From NCBI GenBank assembly GCA_964406295.1, contig CAYORB010000004.1:1-47621 (forward strand): a stretch of 47,621 nt of DNA, in the 5' to 3' direction. Of the stretch, positions 43,200 through 47,621 are shown one piece after another (the stretch's first letter is position 1; every line of letters begins with the position of its first letter). Position numbers and translations under genes: made by a program. This stretch comes from an uncultured Candidatus Peribacteria bacterium (GTDB lineage: Bacteria; Patescibacteriota; Gracilibacteria; UBA1369; LOWO2-01-FULL-3). Under the pieces are notes generated by a model. That model searched no databases. It was not told the DNA's origin and saw only the letters and a list, made by a program, of their open reading frames with translations.

Positions 43200-43963
43200 C
43201 CTTTTTGAAGCTGGTCGAAAAGGAAGTGCAAAGTTTGGGCAATATCTGAGTGTGAGATTTTGATAGCGATTGTGTTTTCTCTAAAAATTACTATAAAAAT
43301 GGTGTCCCCTACTATGTATATGTGGGAGGCACCGTTTTTCGTTGGGAGTTTGAAAATCTCATCAAGATTGGTGATTTGGCTGAGCCTTTCGCGGGTAAGC
43401 ATGCCTTCTGCCACGCAAGTGTCTATGTGTATGCGCTCTTTTTTGATCTCACGAAGGAAATTATAAGAACTGTCTTTTAGACTGATTCCGCTGAGCTGTT
43501 CGTTCATTGTATTGGACGCTAGTAACCTAATCGTACGGATTTTTTGTTTTTTTGTTTCGTTAATAATATCTTCAAAAAGTTGTTTTTGTTGATTGTCATA
43601 GATTTTGATTTTTGGGATCTCAATTTCAGTTGAACGCAAGGATTTCAGTTCAGTTGCGATTGTTTCATAATTTTTTTCAACTTGTTCTAAGTTTTTACGT
43701 TTTTCTTGAATATGCTTGAGTAATTCGTTTTCATTTTCAATAAAAAAGACCTGAACTCCTTGGCGTTTGCTACTAGAAATCAGACCTAGTTTATTTAATT
43801 TTTGTAGTATGCGATAAGTGGTGGTGCGCTCTACTTTGCAATTTTTGGCAATTATTGAAGCTGGATTTGGACCAACCTTGTAAACCGCTAGGAATATTTC
43901 ATATTCTCTTTCGGAGAGACCTAGGTTTTTAAAGACTTGTTTAAGCATGGTTAAATTGTACAT
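43196..43963 (-). CDS. TrmB-family transcriptional regulator
   Basis: 255 aa with the N-terminal winged helix LGLSEREYEIFLAVYKVGPNPASIIAKNCKVERTTTYRILQKLNKLGLI. An alternative ATG is at 43948. Confidence 0.75.
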   Translation of the reverse strand: MYNLTMLKQVFKNLGLSEREYEIFLAVYKVGPNPASIIAKNCKVERTTTYRILQKLNKLGLISSSKRQGVQVFFIENENELLKHIQEKRKNLEQVEKNYETIATELKSLRSTEIEIPKIKIYDNQQKQLFEDIINETKKQKIRTIRLLASNTMNEQLSGISLKDSSYNFLREIKKERIHIDTCVAEGMLTRERLSQITNLDEIFKLPTKNGASHIYIVGDTIFIVIFRENTIAIKISHSDIAQTLHFLFDQLQKG

Positions 43964-43973
43964 GCCTTTGTTC

Positions 43974-44231
43974 TTATTTGTAATGAAAGCGACAGGAAAG
44001 AATAATGATCTCTTTTTTTAAAGCTTTGTAAACCAGCCTATGTTCTTTTGTAATTCGTCTAGAGTAAAACCCCGAAAGACTCCCCCTAAGCGCCTCTGGT
44101 TTTCCCAAACCTTTGAACGGTTCGTTGCCTATATCTATAAGGAGATTTTTAATTTTTTGATATTCTGGAAGCTTATTTTTTTTGAAAAAGTCGAAATCTT
44201 TTTTACTTTGTTTTGTGAAAGTTATTTTCAT
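43974..44231 (-). CDS. yoeB: YoeB/Txe-family toxin
   Basis: 85 aa. PFKGLGKPEALRGSLSGFYSRRITKEHRLVY...SCRFHY closely parallels E. coli YoeB. Confidence 0.92.
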   Translation of the reverse strand: MKITFTKQSKKDFDFFKKNKLPEYQKIKNLLIDIGNEPFKGLGKPEALRGSLSGFYSRRITKEHRLVYKALKKEIIILSCRFHYK

Positions 44232-44482
44232 AATTCATTTAGATCTAAACTGCTTGTTTCCTTGTTTTTAAGTTCTTTTAAACTGTTTTGAATATGCTTG
44301 GCATTATTTGGATTGGATAGAAGATACACAGTTTCTTTCCATCCTAAATATTCTTCTTCTGACATAATTACGACATTTTTCCCATTTCGCCTGGTTATTG
44401 TAATATCGACTAACTGTTCTGTTACCATATCAAAAACTGATTTCAATTTTTGCCTAGCAGCACTGTATGTGGTTGTAATCAT
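44228..44482 (-). CDS. yefM: YefM-family antitoxin
   Basis: The ATG at 44482 gives MITTTYSAARQKL...ITRRNGKNVVIMSEEEYLGWKETVYLLSNPNNAKHI, a YefM-like sequence. A 4-nt overlap with yoeB. Confidence 0.9.
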   Translation of the reverse strand: MITTTYSAARQKLKSVFDMVTEQLVDITITRRNGKNVVIMSEEEYLGWKETVYLLSNPNNAKHIQNSLKELKNKETSSLDLNEL

Positions 44483-44497
44483 TTTCACTAAATTAAT

Positions 44498-44537
44498 TGT
44501 ACAGACTTATTGTACAGGTTGTGCGCAGGTAGAGCAA
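44498..44537 (-). promoter_or_regulatory. yefM-yoeB promoter with two TGTACA operator cores
   Basis: The minus strand reads TTGCTC (44537-44532)-17 nt-TACAAT (44514-44509). TGTACA hexamers lie at 44511-44516 (overlapping the -10) and 44498-44503 (near the predicted TSS), 13 bp apart. Confidence 0.65.
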
Positions 44538-44567
44538 GTCAGTGTATTTTACCCATAGACTATTTTA

Positions 44568-45839
44568 TCACCTCCCACACCCTGGTATACGACTAATAGG
44601 AACACGAATTTTCGCATTTCTTCCATAACTCTTTTTTGCATTCCCTGAATCAAATTTTTTAATTTTCCTAATGAAAGCCCTATAGACCTTGCCTCTAAGA
44701 TAGGCCCTGAGTTTTTTTGCACCGTCGCTGGGGGCCCATCCCGGCACATCTATTCCAGCATTTTCAAAAGCCTCAGGAAATGTTCTACCATTTTTTCTCC
44801 CAGCCCGAATTGTTCTATATGCTAGCCCTTTATATCGTCCTTCTGGGGCACAAACATCATTTTTCCTTGGTCTAGGAGCAGGCGGGTTTGATGATTTTTG
44901 AATAGGCAATTTTTTACCTCCATCTTTTAACATAACTACAACATGGAAATGTTTTGAACTGCCACGACCATGCATACGAACTTTTGCATCACCATTTTGT
45001 GTTAATTCATATAAAGACTGAGCCAAAGCCTCTCTAAAAGACTTATCCATTTGCATTGTTTTCTGGCTTCCTTCTTTGAGGTTCTCTACACTCATTTTCC
45101 AATTACTAAAATCTATAGCATTAAGTGTTAGATGAAAACTTGTTCTACTGCTACCGTTAGTCCCGCCGTTTTGCTTTATTGCACGAATTGTTGAATTAAT
45201 AATAGGATAGATGGAGAAATCCTCAGACATCCCCTCTTTGTATAGTTTTTGATTTATCATTGTGTACAGCTCCTCCAAAAACGGAAGATGAGCAACCCTT
45301 AAAACTCTTCTCTCTGGATCAGCAATACCATTAAAAACAAACTGATCCCCCCCTTCTGTTTCTTCCGGCCAAACAAACCTATCAGTGCCACCATTTGAAT
45401 TTAAATGACCTCTTATTTGAGACACGCGCCTAACTCCTTTGGACCAAGGACCATTTTCATTTAAGTTCATCCCGCGTTTTAAGGCTGAACTACGCATAAC
45501 CTCTCTTGAAACAACAGCCTGGTTTTGAGAGCGGGCGTGAGCCAGAAAATCAAAAACTCCAGATTTCGCTCTATACCTCAAAGGCAAAGCTGGATTAGGT
45601 GAAACTTTTTTAGTTAATTCACTAGAATTGAGACTGGTTTGGCTTTCTCCCTCGTCAGTCTTTGTAGGGACTGTCACCCCAGCTTGAATAGCGGAAATAT
45701 CACAAGCAACCTCCTCTGGGCTTGAAGCATTATCTCCCATTAAACCCATTGCCAGCAATCCCAGAAGGACAGCACTTCTTGTACCAATCCTTGGTTCTCC
45801 CTCCTCCCCCATATGTTCCCCACCCCTAGACATACTCAT
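44568..45839 (-). CDS. Secreted hypothetical protein with an H-x6-D ... H-x-H (LAS/M15-like zinc peptidase) signature and a basic C-terminal tail
   Basis: From the ATG at 45839: MSMSRGGEHMGEEGEPRIGTRSAVLLGLLAMGLMG, a signal or TM segment. Candidate metal ligands are SFHLTLNAIDFS and SSKHFHVVV. The last ~110 aa are rich in Arg and Lys. The start is uncertain (the ORF-track TTG is at 45896). Confidence 0.6.
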   Translation of the reverse strand: MSMSRGGEHMGEEGEPRIGTRSAVLLGLLAMGLMGDNASSPEEVACDISAIQAGVTVPTKTDEGESQTSLNSSELTKKVSPNPALPLRYRAKSGVFDFLAHARSQNQAVVSREVMRSSALKRGMNLNENGPWSKGVRRVSQIRGHLNSNGGTDRFVWPEETEGGDQFVFNGIADPERRVLRVAHLPFLEELYTMINQKLYKEGMSEDFSIYPIINSTIRAIKQNGGTNGSSRTSFHLTLNAIDFSNWKMSVENLKEGSQKTMQMDKSFREALAQSLYELTQNGDAKVRMHGRGSSKHFHVVVMLKDGGKKLPIQKSSNPPAPRPRKNDVCAPEGRYKGLAYRTIRAGRKNGRTFPEAFENAGIDVPGWAPSDGAKKLRAYLRGKVYRAFIRKIKKFDSGNAKKSYGRNAKIRVPISRIPGCGR

Positions 45840-45906
45840 GCAAAAATTTAAATACTCAGAAGTAGAATGTTTTAACAGTTTTGTGCGAGCTGTCAAGGCT
45901 TTTGGC

Positions 45907-47556
45907 TTAAAACTTCTCCAAATAAGCCTTTTTACTCAACAAATGGTGGTCATATGCTTCGGGCCAATGGGTTTTGATTTCTGTGCCGAATTTTGAACAT
46001 TTTGTTATTCTGAGTTCACCTTCCAGGTTCATCCATTTTAGATTTCTTTTCATTCGGCCTATGTAATAATTGCGCGGGAGTGGGCTTTTTATTTTTTGAG
46101 CAAATTTAATATCTTCTGCTTGTATTTGAAATGGGCGTTTGTTGATTATATCCCAAAAAACTTGTTGGCTTAGCCATTTTGCTTCTTTGTTTGTACAGCT
46201 TGAGTTGTCTGGAATTTCTGATATTTCAGCAGTTTTTGAAGTTTCTCTAGTTTCTCTCTGCGCTTGTCTGAAATTCTGTTTTTCAGAGGCTTCCAAAGGA
46301 AATATTACTCCTGAATAGCTTTCATTATAAGGATTTGCCGCAAAGTAACTGGGGAAAAACTGGCCCCACTCCCCTGTTGATCTCATGTGTTTAGTTATTT
46401 TCTCAACAAGCTGGTGATATTCTTCTTCTTTATATTGTTTATTTAATATGCAATATTTTTTATTCACTAGCCCGCAGCAGGCAAAGCAATATTGACAGTT
46501 TTTTAAGTAGGCGGAGTATTGGGTGAAACGGCAATTGTCGACGCTAAAGCAAAATTGGGCATTGTAGGAATACACAGCGAGGCAGGAATTGAAGACCAGT
46601 TCGCTGCCTACATTCCCCAAGGAGTCCAACGTATTTTTTGCATTTGGCCCTGAAAACACTGTATTTGCACAATCTTCATGATTAGAAATCATATAACAAT
46701 TTTCGCAATTTTTACAGTTTCTTAAAAAATTTCCTGTGGAGTTTTCACATTGTTCGATTTCCAGGTTTTTATGCCAGGCGGTTTTTTCCATCATTTCTTC
46801 AAAAATCGAGACCGTATATTGATAGGTGCTATCTGAAGCAAAATCCCATTCTTGTATTTGTTGTTCGTATTCTGTTTTTGTGAGTTGTTTGTTGGCGATA
46901 CAGTACTTTTTGTTCCTTAAGTTTGAGCACAAAAGGCAGTCTGAGCAATTGCGACAATCATAGAGAAAACTTGAATCTGAGCAGTTTTTTGAATTGAGGA
47001 GAAAGCGACTATTGAAGCATTTGCTAGAATTTATAAGATCTATACAAAGCTCAGAATCGAACGAAAATATGCTGTAATAGACGTCTTTTAACCCATCACA
47101 CCCATAGCAATATCGACAATCTTCATTATTTTGTCCAGAATGGCATAGGTAGCAGTTTTTGCTGTTATAGAAGTCATCAGTGTATTCGCAATTTTCGTTG
47201 TTACTTTGAAAAATATGTGGAATTGGGGATTTTTGGAACAAGGCCCAAGCTTGTTGGAAAAAAGATTGCTTGAAGTCAAAATCTTGTTCTGGAGGATTGG
47301 AATGGTTAAACCACTCTTTGCGATCCCAGACAGGGTAGGGACATTCTGGTGAAAATATGGAAATGACTTGTTTCCCAGTTTTATTACATTTGCGCTTATG
47401 AAAATGCCATTGTGGCCAGAAGGCACCAAGGTGTTGAAAGCGGTATTTTGGAAGAGTGTTAGGCAAAGTATCTGCAAACCCAAATTTCGCACGAAGATCC
47501 AATTCTTGATCAGAAATTTCAAATGTTTGCTTGGAAATTGCACAGGTATTTTTCAT
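45907..47556 (-). CDS. Cysteine-rich repeat protein with internal module duplications (hypothetical)
   Basis: 549 aa, more than 30 Cys and no signal peptide. It has repeated N-C-x2-C / C-x-Y-C-x2-C motifs. Two modules end CLLCSNLRNKKYCIANKQLTKTEY and CFACCGLVNKKYCILNKQYKEEEY. The N- and C-terminal segments resemble each other. Confidence 0.7.
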   Translation of the reverse strand: MKNTCAISKQTFEISDQELDLRAKFGFADTLPNTLPKYRFQHLGAFWPQWHFHKRKCNKTGKQVISIFSPECPYPVWDRKEWFNHSNPPEQDFDFKQSFFQQAWALFQKSPIPHIFQSNNENCEYTDDFYNSKNCYLCHSGQNNEDCRYCYGCDGLKDVYYSIFSFDSELCIDLINSSKCFNSRFLLNSKNCSDSSFLYDCRNCSDCLLCSNLRNKKYCIANKQLTKTEYEQQIQEWDFASDSTYQYTVSIFEEMMEKTAWHKNLEIEQCENSTGNFLRNCKNCENCYMISNHEDCANTVFSGPNAKNTLDSLGNVGSELVFNSCLAVYSYNAQFCFSVDNCRFTQYSAYLKNCQYCFACCGLVNKKYCILNKQYKEEEYHQLVEKITKHMRSTGEWGQFFPSYFAANPYNESYSGVIFPLEASEKQNFRQAQRETRETSKTAEISEIPDNSSCTNKEAKWLSQQVFWDIINKRPFQIQAEDIKFAQKIKSPLPRNYYIGRMKRNLKWMNLEGELRITKCSKFGTEIKTHWPEAYDHHLLSKKAYLEKF

Positions 47557-47621
47557 GGCTGAATTCTAACACGGCTTGAGAAGGAGCTGTGATTTCCTGT
47601 TGTGAATTTTGCCGCACAGGG

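Noticed and set aside
1-47621. Alternative genetic code (UGA recoding, as in some candidate phyla)
   Set aside because: All recognisable housekeeping genes are full-length and uninterrupted under the standard bacterial code, and several end in TGA at the expected position (for example the 442-aa ORF).

Overview
47.6 kb of AT-rich, tightly packed bacterial chromosome with many 4-65 nt gene overlaps. I found no rRNA, tRNA, CRISPR array, transposase or integrase. The gene content (archaeal-type NMNAT, a giant secreted repeat protein, a DGR-type reverse transcriptase, very short intergenic regions) fits a small-genome Patescibacteria/CPR-like organism; that placement is inference only. The housekeeping core is smpB, nadE, NMNAT, PMM/PGM, topA, hup, pheST, a class A PBP, rdgB, tmRNA (ssrA), mfd, dnaN, rny, a VanW protein, a TPR protein, PSP1/yaaT-holB-murF, cyclophilin, infC-rpmI-rplT, dxr and a fused ispDF. 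Accessory content sits mainly at the two window edges. The left edge has a DGR-type RT whose TR/VR/target are not in view, a start-less PD-(D/E)xK nuclease-domain ORF, and a RelE/Phd-like TA pair. The right edge has YefM-YoeB with TGTACA operators, then a co-directional pair: a secreted protein with an H-x6-D...H-x-H (LAS/M15-like) signature and a 549-aa cysteine-rich protein with internal duplications. This pair runs to within 65 nt of the window end. Other points worth a second look: a ~180-bp nested inverted-repeat element upstream of pheS; a (C-x2-C-x4)n cysteine ladder in a 1154-aa secreted protein; a membrane-anchored sigma-factor fusion; a pentapeptide-repeat/K+ channel fusion; and a 317-bp AT-rich dnaN-rny intergenic region with three 11-bp phased repeats and no adjacent dnaA. 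All homology calls come from motif recognition by eye. No searches were run.
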